A stretch of 58,096 nucleotides of DNA, filler included, from Dugesia japonica (GCA_001938525.1; 5 parts of 5 records of this genome joined end to end with filler, not necessarily neighbours in it); one strand, 5' to 3'. Shown: positions 28,580 through 41,150, counted from the whole stretch's first letter. Translations and numbers: made by a program. The notes: generated by a model not told the origin, from the sequence alone.

Positions 28580-28679
28580 NNNNNNNNNNNNNNNNNNNNN
28601 NNNNNNNNNNNNNNNNNNNNNNNTTAATTAATTAANNNNNNNNNNNNNNNNNNNNNNNNNNNNNNNNNNNNNNNNNNNN
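28580..28679. other. Artificial contig spacer
   Basis: 44 N + TTAATTAATTAA + 44 N. Confidence 0.95.
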
Positions 28680-29327
28680 TTATTTCTTAAAATGTTGGGT
28701 GGAAAAATGATAGAAGATTTGAATAAATTTGATTGGGTTCTGTCCCAACAATACTTTAACTTTTAAAATTTATATAATATCTGTTATTTTTAATCGGTAT
28801 GTAATATATTAACGAATGTTAGCTAGTAATTTTTGAATTTTTTCTGGTATTATTATTCGATTATTTAAATAAACAAAATTCGAAATCTGTTTTAAAAATT
28901 TTTTATTTAAATTTAGTCAAAGTTAGATTTATTAAAATTAAAAAATAATATTATACTTAAGATTGAAGTTTTGAAGAATGATAACTTGTTTAAATAATGC
29001 AAATTAAGAACATCTTATTTTTCTTAAATAAAATTGAATTTTGTTGAATATATTATTAAATGATTTTTCGTAGATGGGCAGATTTATTTTATTATTTTTT
29101 GTTATTTTCTACATTTTTCAGGAACTTTCTATACCCTTTTGGTATGAAATATAATTTTTCGATTGGTTGAATGATACCAATTAGCCAGAATATTTTACAC
29201 GTTAATAAATTCTTATTATCGGAATAACAGAATTAATTAAATAATTCATTCTTTTTGAAATATATAGAAACTTTCTTCCTCGGTAACTCATTAAACTTAA
29301 TGTCGATTCGTCTTATTATGATTTTAA

Positions 29328-31653
29328 CCCTAATGTGAACCCCTTGGTACCGAGTAATGAGTTTGGATAGTTTATTTAATTTCTGGTTTGCCATTTTAAG
29401 TATTCCTCTATCAAGTTGTTAGACATACATTATTGTAATTTTTATTAACTGGGGTAGAGATTCCATAGATATTTTTTGGTTGTATAAAATACACCTCCTT
29501 ATGGGCATCCAATTAAACTAATATGAAAACATGAACCTATTTTCAGGTTTAAAACAAATAGTTTCTTGTATCTGAATAAAAAAAAGTAAAATATATTTTT
29601 AGATAACATATTTTTATTCTTAATTAATTACGATAACCACATTTTGTAATAGCAAACAGATGTTCATCGCATACCGAAACGTTACAATAAACTCCCTTGC
29701 AGGTTTGACCTGAGAAATCGATGGTATGTTGATTAGCTACTCCAACAGATATTCAATTGCCAGTTCGATCGTAAAATTTCTATTTACATTTGCCGTATTC
29801 GCTTTTTTATTTATTTTTGGCATAGCCAATTGCTTTGCGAGGTCTTTTTAAAAGTTTCGAAGTGCTCTGGTAATTTTATTCCAATTAGAGTTATTTTCAT
29901 GGAAACAAACATATAGCTGCTAGAGCTGCTACATCGATTTTATTGAAAAAAGGCAACTGGCCACCTTAGTGTTCGATGTTTTGTGATGTAGCTACTTAGC
30001 ATTTGATCCATAGTGTCAACCCCACCTTTGTACAGTGATATTATTCAATTACCTCCGATTTTCTTTTGGAATCCTATGACACATTTTTAATACAATGTGT
30101 AGTAGACAGAAATATAACCGCTTTGTCTTTTTCCCGTAAATATGAACACAACATAATATCATCATCAAATATACAAATATCTTTTGCATAAAAAAGCTGC
30201 TATTTAAATCTTGTTCGATTAACCTGTGCAGATTCCAATTTTTTAACTACGACTACTTCATCATCGTCTGACAAACCACTTTCAAGATCCCAATTGATTT
30301 TAATATTATCATTATTATTTTGATCATGAGCATCTTCAACATCAGAAGAGATAAATGTTCTTCATCATCAGAATTTTCATATTCACTTAAATCACTACTA
30401 CAATAATAAAGCTCATTCAAATATTGTTTGCTGTCGCTCATAAGTCATTTGGTGAAAACTTATTTTTCCACTCCTCATTTTTACTAAAAAATTAATATTT
30501 ACATAACCAGTTTTCAAAATTAATTATGAAGACACTAGTAATAATTTGCACAATGCCTTCTATGAAGTTTCAAATAAAACTAATTANNNNNNNNNNNNNN
30601 NNNNAATAAATCATTACATCATGTTCAAATAATTATTTAGAATAATAAAATATGATTTACCGTTAGATAAAGTTTTGCTCATATTAATTTTTTTCTTTTT
30701 ATTTATGACTTCTAATAAAATATAATTATATTATATGTTGGGGAAAACCAAAATCAAGATTAACACACAGCAAACAAATCACATGCACATATTTATATAA
30801 CATAAAGAACAAACGGAACACCCGGTACCTCAACATCCAAGATCAATCAACCAACCAATTCAAAAGCATCCAATACTCCAACACCCAACAATTGATCCGA
30901 AATCTAATTGATTTTATCAATCCGAACCTTAATTGATTTTCTTAATTGTAAATTTTTATTATTATCAATCTGAACTTTAATTGATTTTTATTTAATTGAT
31001 TTTTATTATTATGTTTTATCATTTATTTGATTTGTATAATTTATCACAAAATTTTTAAACAATGTATATTTGGAATTTTCAAATCATGTACAAAATTTTT
31101 AATATAAANNNNNNNNNNNNNNNNNNNNNNNNNNNNNNNNNNNNNNNNNNNNNNNNNNNNNNNNNNNNNNNNNTGATTGATGTTTAATGGAATTTTTATA
31201 ATATTTTGGTAAATTTATGGAAAATTTTTGTAAGTTATATTTATTTTTGTATGATGATCATTTAAATTATGCATGATATTTTGGTATAAATAGTGATTGA
31301 AATTTTAGTCAATCACCCTCTTTTTCTTTAAGTCATACAACAGTTTGAATTGTCTTTCAATTCACAACTGGTACTAAAAATATTATCGCCTGTAATTTAA
31401 ATATAATTTGAATTTAAAAACGTAATTTTATTTTTATTCTTTTATAAGGTCTACTATATACTATATTTATAATCTATATTATCTATAATAAACATATTAA
31501 GGCTTATAGGAATTTATTATAGACTTTAATATATTAGGATTTTTTACAATTAATAGTTAAACTCACGCACTGTTGACTTATCTTGGCCAAATCCCCCAAG
31601 GTATCTCAACATATAAAACACTTGTTACCCGGGTACCACGGGTAACCTGTGAT
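29328..31653 (-). mobile_element. piggyBac transposon, internally deleted, containing a solo LTR
   Basis: TTAA-CCC left end. Inverted subterminal motif ACCCCTTGGTACCGAGTAA vs rc ACCCGTGGTACCCGGGTAA. Transposase remnant at 29640-30441: acidic N-terminus, KGGVDTMDQMLSSY..RTLRWPVAFF, Cys-rich C-terminus (C..YCNVSVCDEH). Confidence 0.85.
30736..31611. mobile_element. Solo LTR (876 bp)
   Basis: TGTTGGG...CTCAACA termini with a 4-bp TATA duplication on both sides. A related sequence starts at 36987. Confidence 0.7.
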
Positions 31654-31959
31654 TTAAGTTTTTTTCATTCCTACAGAAGCATTAAACGAACTTGATTAAA
31701 TTTATTATTAATTGTATTATTAAAAGAAAATATTGTTACTTTAGTTAGTTAATTAATGATATTCATATTTATATTCGATTTATAGTAAATAAATCACTAG
31801 ACCATACACAACAAGTAATGTAAGAGTTAGATAATTATTTAGAAATTAAAGTTAGGTTCTATTTCATATTATGAATCTAAAAGCATAAATTCATTTAACA
31901 TAAAATATGTTACTCATTTAAAAAATTTATCATTTTTAAAAATGCAAATATTTAATAAA

Positions 31960-32117
31960 TTCCTGAAAGACTGGTCGAAAATTCGGATAACTAGTAAAAA
32001 AAAAGAAATACAAAGAAAAAAACAACATTTTGATCGAAGTTTTTAATTAAATGAAATTCCAAATGCGATCAATGATTAAGTTCAACAATTATTCTTGCTA
32101 CAATTGTAATTGTATTA
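31960..32117 (+). repeat. Diverged copy of the Penelope-like hammerhead repeat
   Basis: TTCCTGAAAGACTGGTCGAAA...TTTTGATCGAAG...GATCAATGATTAAGTTCAACAATTATTCTTG, colinear with the other copies. Confidence 0.55.
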
Positions 32118-34137
32118 AATTGTATAAATACTATTAAATTTAGTTTAAACAATTAATTTTGTTAATTATTTAACTTCATTAAATGTTTTTTAAAAATTTG
32201 TCGGGATAAAACCCAATCATGTTTATCAACATCAACTAAAAAGAACGGATGAACGAAAATTATAAATAAAATGTGAATATAATGTAAATTTAATTAAATC
32301 AAAGTATTATTTGTACAACTACTAGCAATTATCAAAAAAAACCCATAAATTATTCAAAATGAAGAGGAAAGATCAATAATGTCGATTTTTTCTGAAAAAA
32401 TAAAAGAAAGTCACCAGAAACAGAAATAAATTCACAAAATATAAACTCAAAAATATCAAAATATAGCCCAATTAATTTACATAAATCCATCAATCAGGAT
32501 AGAGTGATGGTTTCAGAAAGGGTATAAAAAACCGAGATTTTAATCAAAACCATCCTTAAAAAAAGAAAGTTTAAGCGCTTGTCTTTTGATAATTTCAAAT
32601 TAAAAAAAATCGTCAATCTATATCGAAATTAATTCGAAGTTAAAGAAATTTAATTAACAAACGATTCTCCTATACAACAGATAATCGTCAAAAAAGTTTT
32701 TGCAAGCCAATTATTGTGAATTTCAGTAAAACTTCTGGAGATTAATCTTGCATCTATCTCTACCAGGAAACTCTATTATCCAGTAAATTGCCCAATTTAG
32801 TTTTTGCAAGATNAATTATTGGGAATCATCAGATCCAGTTTAACCAGCAGTCTATTAGAAAATTGCTCTATTCGGTTAATCCTCACTCAGCATCTCTCAC
32901 TGTGGAAAATTGTCCAATTTAGTTTTTGCATTATCAATTGTTGGGAATTAACCAACATCTGTTTCACCTACGGCCCGGTCGAACATTTGGAGTCGAAGTG
33001 CAGATTGCTGCCAGCTTTGATGGGCAAATGGCTACCACAACAAACTGGTCCGGGCATGTGAAATCTTACAAGAGAAAATCGAAATGCTCGCATTCGAAAT
33101 GTCGCAGGTCAGGTGGCAAAACGTCGAATATACCGAGTAGTAAATTAGATCAGACTTATTATGCCTCAAATCAAATTTTTGTCTATTGTTTGATTTGTAT
33201 TAGTTATGTTATCATTATTGGAGATTCATTGAATTGTTCATAAATCATGGACATATTTGTCCTGAAGTGATTTTTATTATTAAAATATTTGTTCAATTTA
33301 TGATTTGGTTATTATGATAAAACTATCCACCTAGTTTTACTATTGGCTCAGTGATTATTAATTATTGCCTGTTTCGTCTTATTTAAAATAAGTTTTTGTT
33401 GGAGGATTGTGTTGATCTAATGGTACTATTTGCCAATAACAGGAACGAGGAAAGATAACTGTTTCCAGTGGGTATCTTCCCTGGTTCGTGTTATAAAACG
33501 GAAAAAATGATAGGCCTCAGGTCGGAGAAATCGTCTCAAAATTATCAATTTGTAGTACTAAATATTATTAAGATTTCACTAATATACTTATTTATTTTGA
33601 TTGTTATTAATTGTTGGTCATTTGTTAGATAGTAAATAGGAGACGAAACCTCAAGCGGCCTCGATATATTTGGCCCTATATTGACAGTAATGGAACATAT
33701 TATATTGAATGGTCAGAGGTTCAGAGCATGATCCACCAGGAGAATAATATTGTGCCGAGGCAACTTCAGATTTAAATGCCGATTTGGAGATCGCGAATCT
33801 GCGAATTGCTATCCTGGAGGAAAATGTGCGGCTCCTCACGACCCAACAGGGGCATGTCACAGAGATGGCTAAATGCTTGTGTTTTTAAGGTATGCCACTA
33901 GACGAGATCGATTGGATTTATTTAATTATGGAAATAATCGAATATGAAGACCGTCGAGATTCAACTCAAGTTATTCAAAATCCTAAAAACCCAACCAATA
34001 TTATAAAATCATTCTTTAAACCAGCCGTCAGTAACCAATAACTCGCGGATCACCAAGTCAACAGAAAATTATTTCAAGTCATCCACTTAAGTTCCGCAAA
34101 TAAAGTATAATGTATAAAAATATATTATAAACAAACA

Positions 34138-34730
34138 TGAAACGAACATTTTGAGAAAATATAAATAATAAGAGGGGGTTATTATACATGATTATTAGAA
34201 TTTACAAAGTATTATCATGCAATAATGTATCTGAAGCTATAAATATGTAAAAAAAACAATGTTTATTAGAAAATTTAAAATCTGAATATGGTGAAAATGT
34301 AAATGCTAAATTTACAAAATTTAAACATTCATTTTTTGATGTTTATGATGATATTACACACGTATTTATTGGTGCAATTGGAATTGGAAAAACTACATTT
34401 TCATTAGCACATTTTAGAAAACCTGTACTTGTTACTAATCTACAATCATTTAATTTAGCAACTGAAAATAATAACGGTATAGTAATTGATGATATAGATT
34501 TTAGAAAGTGGCCTGTAACTGAACTTATTCATTAATATGATTGCGAATATGATTATATGATAGATTTTAAATACAGTACAGCACGTATTCCAAAACGAAT
34601 GCCTCGTATAATATGTATCAATGATGTAGCTATGCTTTATCCATATGATATATTAAATTGTACAAAGGAAGCACTTGATCGTAGGCTACAAATTCATATA
34701 TATTTATATTTAAATTTATTTAATTTAGCG
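34138..34730 (+). pseudogene. CRESS-DNA-virus Rep-like SF3 helicase (endogenous viral element)
   Basis: Walker A GAIGIGKT (34371), AHFRKPVLV, Walker B GIVIDDIDF, W P..IH, KYSTARIP..MPRIICIN (motif C), EALDRR arginine finger. One in-frame stop at 34533. No HUH nuclease motifs recognisable. Confidence 0.85.
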
Positions 34731-34851
34731 AAAGACGAGCAAATTAGACAATCCGATGACTCAAGTAAAGGAACGTACGTCTCATATTCTAGATCGGAGC
34801 AATCGATTACCAAATCTGCCCGTGGATATGGACGCATAAACTGTCCTCAGT

Positions 34852-35510
34852 GTGATCATGAATTATCGCTTAGTATTTATTCTAATGTTAAAAAATATGA
34901 ATTTTATGGATTATAATAAATTTGTAGTGTATGGCCAGCTTTGTAAATTTCTTACGGATTTTATTAGTAATGATACTTTTAATTTTAATAACCAATTACA
35001 TAACATTCTTGACAATTTTATCCAAAAACATAATCTCAATATTACGGAAATATTTAATCCCCTCCATTATCGTCTGTGTGCAATTGGTCTTGTACTATTG
35101 CTTCAATCCGGCAAAACAACTTGTATATTACTTGATGGCACCTCTAATGCAGGCAAGTTCCTTTTCATGAAGATATTCAGTGCAGGTTTATATGTAGGAA
35201 GTTTCTCATTAATTCATATGCAATCTGAATTTTGTTTCTATAATCTTATAAATAAACAAATTGGAATTGGAAGAAGTAACATTAGATGCAAAAAATGGTG
35301 ATTATTTTAAACAATTAATTGAAAATTCTCCATTCTTTCATGTCGGTGTTAAATATGGACCTAAAGCACAATTAAAACCAATGCTATTTGGAACTATGTT
35401 TCCAGTGCCAAAGAAGCTATATTAAATCGATGTATCTATTTACCTTGTACTCATGAAGTAACTCTTGATATCAATGTTAATCTTAATAATTATTTAGAAG
35501 AATTTAAAAA
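34852..35510 (+). pseudogene. Parvoviral NS1 / papillomavirus E1-type SF3 helicase (endogenous viral element)
   Basis: GKTTCILLDGTSNAGK Walker A (35137) and SEFCFYNL; after frameshifts, IGI.EEVT Walker B, YFKQL, VGVKY, EAILNRC. Confidence 0.85.
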
Positions 35511-36986
35511 AGTAAAAATTGATATGTTAAATAGTTTTTTTATTATTTATTATTTTATAAGTAAAGTTATATTATAGAAATATTCTATATTTAAACAACC
35601 ACATACATACACAAATAAATCAACAAATCAGAACATTGAGTGATAATATATGTAATTAATCTATATTTAAACATTCTTTATAAAAAAAAATAAATGCTGA
35701 ATCATGCCCGTGGTTCGGTAGAACCTTGAGGTGTAAATACTGAAACTATCCAACGAATTTTATAAACTAAATCAAATGAAATCGAGTTTTTTCACAATAA
35801 CATTAAATATCAATAATTCTTTCTCATTTAAAAATTTGATATAAAGAGAATGATAAAAATAAAAACCGAAAGAATGCTCCATTAAATATTTCAACCTAAA
35901 TCTAGTTTCATTAAACAGTTCCACTTGATTCATTCAAGTGTTTCCAAAATGGGAAGAGTAAAATATTTCTCAAAAAGTAAGCTAAATTAAAAATTATAAT
36001 TCGGTTATTTTATTGGAAGAACTATGTAGATTATATAAACGTTTAGCTCCTATAAAAGTGTATACAAAGTTCAGATTCAATTTGACAGGGTCAGAAACGA
36101 AGTTTTTGATAAGTATATTATGCTGAGTTTCAGAGGAGAGTCGGTAATTTTAAATCCAGAGTGCTTTACGATTTCCTATAATTTAGAGTCTTATTCTGAG
36201 CTGGTACGAGTTGAAATAGTTTTCCTACGATCTCCCATCTAAGCAAATATGTTTGTGGACAATCTCAATATAAACTTATTTATCCTAATTACTTCGCCTG
36301 CTTTCATAGAAGTTTAGAAAATGAATTAGTTAAATAAAAGATTAGATTACCCTCGTGATAATGAAATATTCGATTATGCAATGAAATACAATTAATTCGC
36401 AAATGTATTTGAATGATTGAATATGAGATTGATAGTGAACCGAATTGTTATGGTTGAGTTCGTTATTATCGTTTTTTGAATGATTTTTTATTGCCTATTA
36501 AGTGTGGTCCAAACTTGATGAGACATGAATTCATATCATGTAACCATAAAAACAGGCAATAATTAAAAGAATTAATTAAAAATGTTTGACTGAAATTCAT
36601 TCAATCAAGAAAATTAAATAAGAAAACCAAGGGCTTATAAAATATACTTTTCAGTTAAATCATACTATTATTTATACTAAGACTAAAAATGAAAATATTA
36701 AAAGAAAAATATACAAAAATCGTGAAACAAATTAATGAAATATCATAAACCAAAAAAAGGGAAATAAAGTCACTAACAAATTTATTAAGTTAGAACGCAA
36801 TTCAGCCCCAGCAACAGATAATTTTTAAAAAAAGAATTGACGAATGGTCAAAGTTATCAAGAAAAAATAAAAAATATTATGAATTATAATTAAAAAACAT
36901 AGATAAGATCGTCAACTTATTAAGTAAAATCAAAATGGAAGATAATGAAACAAACCAATTTGAAATAAAATCAAACCATAAAGTTG

Positions 36987-37458
36987 TGTTGGGGAAAGCA
37001 GACCTTAAAAAATCAAATAAAAGACAACACAATCATACATTGCATAAAACACAAACATACAGAACACAACAAACAGCCAACCATTCAATTAAGGAATCCG
37101 ATCGATTCAATGCAATCCAATCAATCCATTCCATCAATCCACTATTCAAAGATGAAGAAAAACTAACAAAGTTATTTTGATAATACCCTATTGTGTATCG
37201 AGAATAACTTATAATTGTGACTTGTTTGTATTTTTATATTTTTATCGAATTGTATAAATCAAATTGTAATACAATTTTTTCAAATTTTTATAAATTATCG
37301 ACAACTGTAAAGTTCAATTGACAATTGAAAACTGTAAAATATTTAATCGATTATTTACAATAAAATTTGATCAATTAATCGATTTTGGATAATTATTAAA
37401 GGGTAATTTTATTTAATTTATGTAGCAATTTTATTTAATATTTATGATTTTATGAAAA
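36987..37458. mobile_element. Truncated LTR related to 30736-31611
   Basis: Begins TGTTGGGGAAA followed by the same CA-rich tract; cut by the contig end. Confidence 0.45.
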
Positions 37459-37558
37459 NNNNNNNNNNNNNNNNNNNNNNNNNNNNNNNNNNNNNNNNNN
37501 NNTTAATTAATTAANNNNNNNNNNNNNNNNNNNNNNNNNNNNNNNNNNNNNNNNNNNN
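37459..37558. other. Artificial contig spacer
   Basis: 44 N + TTAATTAATTAA + 44 N. Confidence 0.95.
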
Positions 37559-38455
37559 AAAATAGATTATTATTTTTATCAAATCCAATATTATCAGTCT
37601 TTAATCCTAGTATTATGAATCTAGGTCTATATAGTTGGTTTCCTAATTTTACAGAATAATTATTTTCACTCAAAATTGAAATCCTACCTGTTACCCTTTC
37701 CCAGAAGCTTACTTGAATTGATTTATTTGTGGACATTCTTTCTAAATAATTTAATTCTACTTTAAGGTTTAAGGTCCACTCTGAAATGTGAAGTTCAAGG
37801 GTATTAATTTTAATTGTTGCTTTATGATCCTTCTTTTCAAAGAATATTAATTCATCTTGTTAATTTTTTATACAATCCAATTGAATAGTAACCTATTATA
37901 ATTCTGTAAGAAACCAAAAAGAATTTTTAAAGGGTAATAACCTTCATACTGGGTTGAATATAATTTGTTTCTTTTAGTAAAGCTTGAATGATCTATTGTT
38001 CCGGTTTTTACATCTGGTATATACCCATAACTCATAGTACAAGGTAACCTATAAATGTCATACATTATTAAATTTAACATAGTAAAAGCTATCCCCACAA
38101 TTTCCAGATCTTCAACTGTTGATGATCCANNNNNNNNNNNNNNNNNNNNNNNNNNNNNNNNNNNNNNNNNNNNNNNNNNTTTCAATCTCATGGAATTGAA
38201 TAAATTAGGAAACCAATTATTCTCTAGTGTAACATCTGTTTCGGTAGCATCTAAATAATTAATTCCAACTTTGTAATACAACTTTGAATTTCCAATGTCT
38301 AGGGGATTGGTTTATTGTAGTGATTGAAATGTTATTTCCCCAGACTTGTTTAAATTGTTAATTGAACCACTAGTTGGACTAATCTTCAATAAATCATTTT
38401 TAGTTTGTAAGTGTAGAAATTTATTGTTTGCCTCTAACTTCATGTAATAACCATT
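37559..38455 (-). pseudogene. Polinton/adintovirus double-jelly-roll major capsid protein (lineage A), decayed and truncated
   Basis: NLNKSGEITF, LYYKV, LENNWFPNLFNSMRL, GSSTVEDLEIVG..TM, YPLKILFGFLQNYNRL, RPRFIILGLKT match the pattern of Polinton capsid proteins. Confidence 0.7.
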
Positions 38456-38571
38456 TTTCTAAAACATTTATTTAACCTTTACCCTTATATTTATCTACTT
38501 TGTCCATTTGATGATTTTTGTTCAATGGATATCTTTTTATCTTTTAAATATAACAACAAGCGACATCATTT

Positions 38572-39096
38572 CTAAATCTTGCTGGAACGGCTTATTCGTG
38601 TTATTTTTTCATTTAAATTTTTATGGTTTATTTCTGTTTCACTAAATAATTGTAACCATATATCAGTAGATAATTTAATATTATTCTTTGCAATTATGGT
38701 TGATTTAAAGCCGGGCATTACTACAGTCTTTGGTTTTAATTCTAATTTAGATTGTTCCCTTAACTTGTTATGTTCATCTCTTTCTTTCTGTAGTTGATTT
38801 TTAAATTCATCTAATATTTTACATGCTTCTTCATGTTTTTGTGCAAAATTTTTCATAAGTAATCCTCTACAATCCGATTCTGTGCTTTTACATAAAACAA
38901 TAGTAATTAATACTTTTTTACCTTCGCTATCTTTACATTTCTCAATTTTAGTCAAAATCTCTTTCATTATGTTTAACCTCTCATTAACAAACTCTTTTGT
39001 AATTGGAATTTTACTAAACTTTTCAACTTCTTCTATAATCATATTTGTAACATCCTCTACATTTTTTAATGTCTCAAATAAAATATTTAATGTCAC
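38572..39096 (-). CDS. Uncharacterised helical/coiled-coil ORF (174 aa), probably Polinton accessory
   Basis: Uninterrupted K/E-rich ORF directly upstream of and co-oriented with the capsid gene. The start codon is uncertain. Confidence 0.55.
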   Translation of the reverse strand: MTLNILFETLKNVEDVTNMIIEEVEKFSKIPITKEFVNERLNIMKEILTKIEKCKDSEGKKVLITIVLCKSTESDCRGLLMKNFAQKHEEACKILDEFKNQLQKERDEHNKLREQSKLELKPKTVVMPGFKSTIIAKNNIKLSTDIWLQLFSETEINHKNLNEKITRISRSSKI

Positions 39097-39175
39097 AGAA
39101 TAGTTTTCTTTACTGCTTGCAATTTTCTATACTAATAATTTGAGCTAATGAAAATATGCTTACGGTAAGGTAAGA

Positions 39176-39343
39176 AAACAGTAAGGTATGGAAACAGTAT
39201 GGATACAGTAAGGTATGGAAACGGTATAAGAACAGTGTCGAAACAGAATAGAAACAGTATGGAAACAATATGGAAATAGTATGGAAACAGTATGAAAACA
39301 GTATGGAAACAGTATGGAAACAGTATGGTATGGAAACAGTATG
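39176..39343. repeat. Tandem 11-bp array (AAACAGTATGG)n, about 14 units
   Basis: Direct reading; lies between two divergent ORFs. Confidence 0.9.
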
Positions 39344-39367
39344 ATAATTATTTTCAAACTATAATAA

Positions 39368-39757
39368 ATGGCTTGTATTGATTCTAAATTTTATCATATT
39401 TTATCTTCTTATGATTTTATCAATCATTCAGTATCTCGTTTTGTCGACAAATACAATTTAAGTAAAAAATCTGTAAGGAAATATCTAAACATGTATAAGA
39501 TTCCATATAATAAGAAAAATAGAGCCATAAATCAAAATAGAAGTGTTGATGGAACATTTTCATCTTTGATAAAACGATTTGAAGAACCTAAAGAAATTAA
39601 ACCTATTGAAAATAAAGATCCAATACAAAAATTTATTCAAGATACAACTAAAACTAAAAATCAGAAACATAGACATGAAAACAAACCTAATATTGATTAT
39701 TCCAAAATATCTAAAAAAGAATTTTTTAATGAACTTAAAAATAATATTATTATATAA
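39368..39757 (+). CDS. 129-aa basic protein with an N-terminal helix-turn-helix-like segment
   Basis: Intact ATG-to-stop ORF; SVSRFVDKYNLSKKSVRKYL fits an HTH pattern. Confidence 0.55.
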   Translation: MACIDSKFYHILSSYDFINHSVSRFVDKYNLSKKSVRKYLNMYKIPYNKKNRAINQNRSVDGTFSSLIKRFEEPKEIKPIENKDPIQKFIQDTTKTKNQKHRHENKPNIDYSKISKKEFFNELKNNIII

Positions 39758-39963
39758 TAAACCCATCACTATAACTCACCACTTAAACCTTTTTTACCCT
39801 TTCTTTGCTGGACTTTTTTATAAAAACTTTTAAAACCACCTTTTCTTCTTTGTTTCTGGTTTAATATTTTCGTTTAATATTTTAGTTTAATATTTTTTAT
39901 CGATTTTCGTTTCTTTTATAAGTTTTTTTATTCTGGGAAAAATCATCGATCATCGATACTTCA

Positions 39964-40136
39964 AGTAGTAGGGAAATGATGAGTTAGACCCCCTCTCCTA
40001 ATAGCCTCGCTCGGTTTCTACGGTTTTTTAACTAAAAAGTGGTGTTTTTCTCACAAATCACTATCCACCATTTTCCGCTTCCAAAACAGGCCCTTGTGGC
40101 TATGGGGGGGGTCTAACTCGTCATTTCCCTACTACT
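39964..40136. mobile_element. 173-bp element bounded by Polinton-type AGTAGT terminal inverted repeats
   Basis: AGTAGTAGGGAAATGATGAGTTAGACCCCC ... GGGGGTCTAACTCGTCATTTCCCTACTACT (29/30 match). Confidence 0.75.
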
Positions 40137-41150
40137 GATACTTTATTGTATATTAAAGTAAAGGTTTTTGATAAGACTGGTGAAGATTTGACTGACACTC
40201 ATGATGCAATTCCGAGTAATTATATGTTACATANNNNNNNNNNNNNNNNNNNNNNNNNNNNTAATAATGTCAAAATTGAAGGGGGAAATGGATCTTATCT
40301 TCACAAAGAAATAATTTAAACTATAATAAATTATAATGGTGATAGTAAAAATAATTCTTGCAGCAATGGGATATAGATCAGAAGCAGATAGAAAACGTCT
40401 ATTGTAAAATCAAAACAATTGGCTCTATGAGGTTCTTTGCAACTCGATTTCATGGATCAACCGAAATACCTTATTCCTGGTGCCAGTGTTCGTATTCGAT
40501 CGAAACGATCATCTTCAAAGATTTATTTGGAATCTGCAGCTAATGAACCTAAAGATGTATTACTAGATGCAAAGTTAATGGTTAGACGTATACAAGTTGA
40601 ACCATTAGTACTAACTGCTCATCAAATAGGACTAAAAAGCAAAATTCTGTTTATTCAATAAGAACCAAGGAAGTCGTTGCATTTGCAATTAGTAAAGATA
40701 GTTCATTGTTTTATAAAGAACAAATTTTTGGTGATCGACAATTACGTATCTTTATTTTGGTTACATTTCAAAGAGGTGAACAATATAATGTTAGGTAAAG
40801 AATCTTGAGTTCAACATTTCAAAATTTAGATGCTGTTTCCGTTTTCTTGATTAAAAACACTGATTTTTGAGAAATATATACTCAATATTTTACAAACGAT
40901 AATTATGCTACAAGATAAATGCAATCTATGGTAAGAAATATGAGGTATTTGGATAAGAATATGAATTGCGGAATAAAACTTAGTAATTTTAAGAATAATT
41001 ATCCCTTATTTACATTTTTTCTTCAGAATCAATTACTTCAACAAGTAAATTTGAGATTGGATATCATGTTTGCCAAAGCTTTAACAACATCAGTATATGT
41101 TGTCATGAAGAAATTCAAATTAAAGACAATGGAGCAGTATTGGTGTAAAC
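40137..41150 (+). pseudogene. Polinton/Maverick major capsid protein (lineage B), decayed, 5'-truncated
   Basis: DTLLYIKVKV, PSNYMLH, LQLDFMDQPKYLIPG.SVRI, LLDAKLMVRRI.V...VL.AH, F..NYPLFTF, NLRLDI.FAKAL. Confidence 0.85.

Noticed and set aside
36935-37180. 81-aa ORF
   Set aside because: Mostly read-through into a CA-rich LTR-like sequence starting at 36987.
39160-39357. Repetitive ORF and CRISPR-like look of the 11-bp and 31-bp arrays
   Set aside because: Tandem units without unique spacers, no cas genes, eukaryotic context. The ORF is just the translated array.
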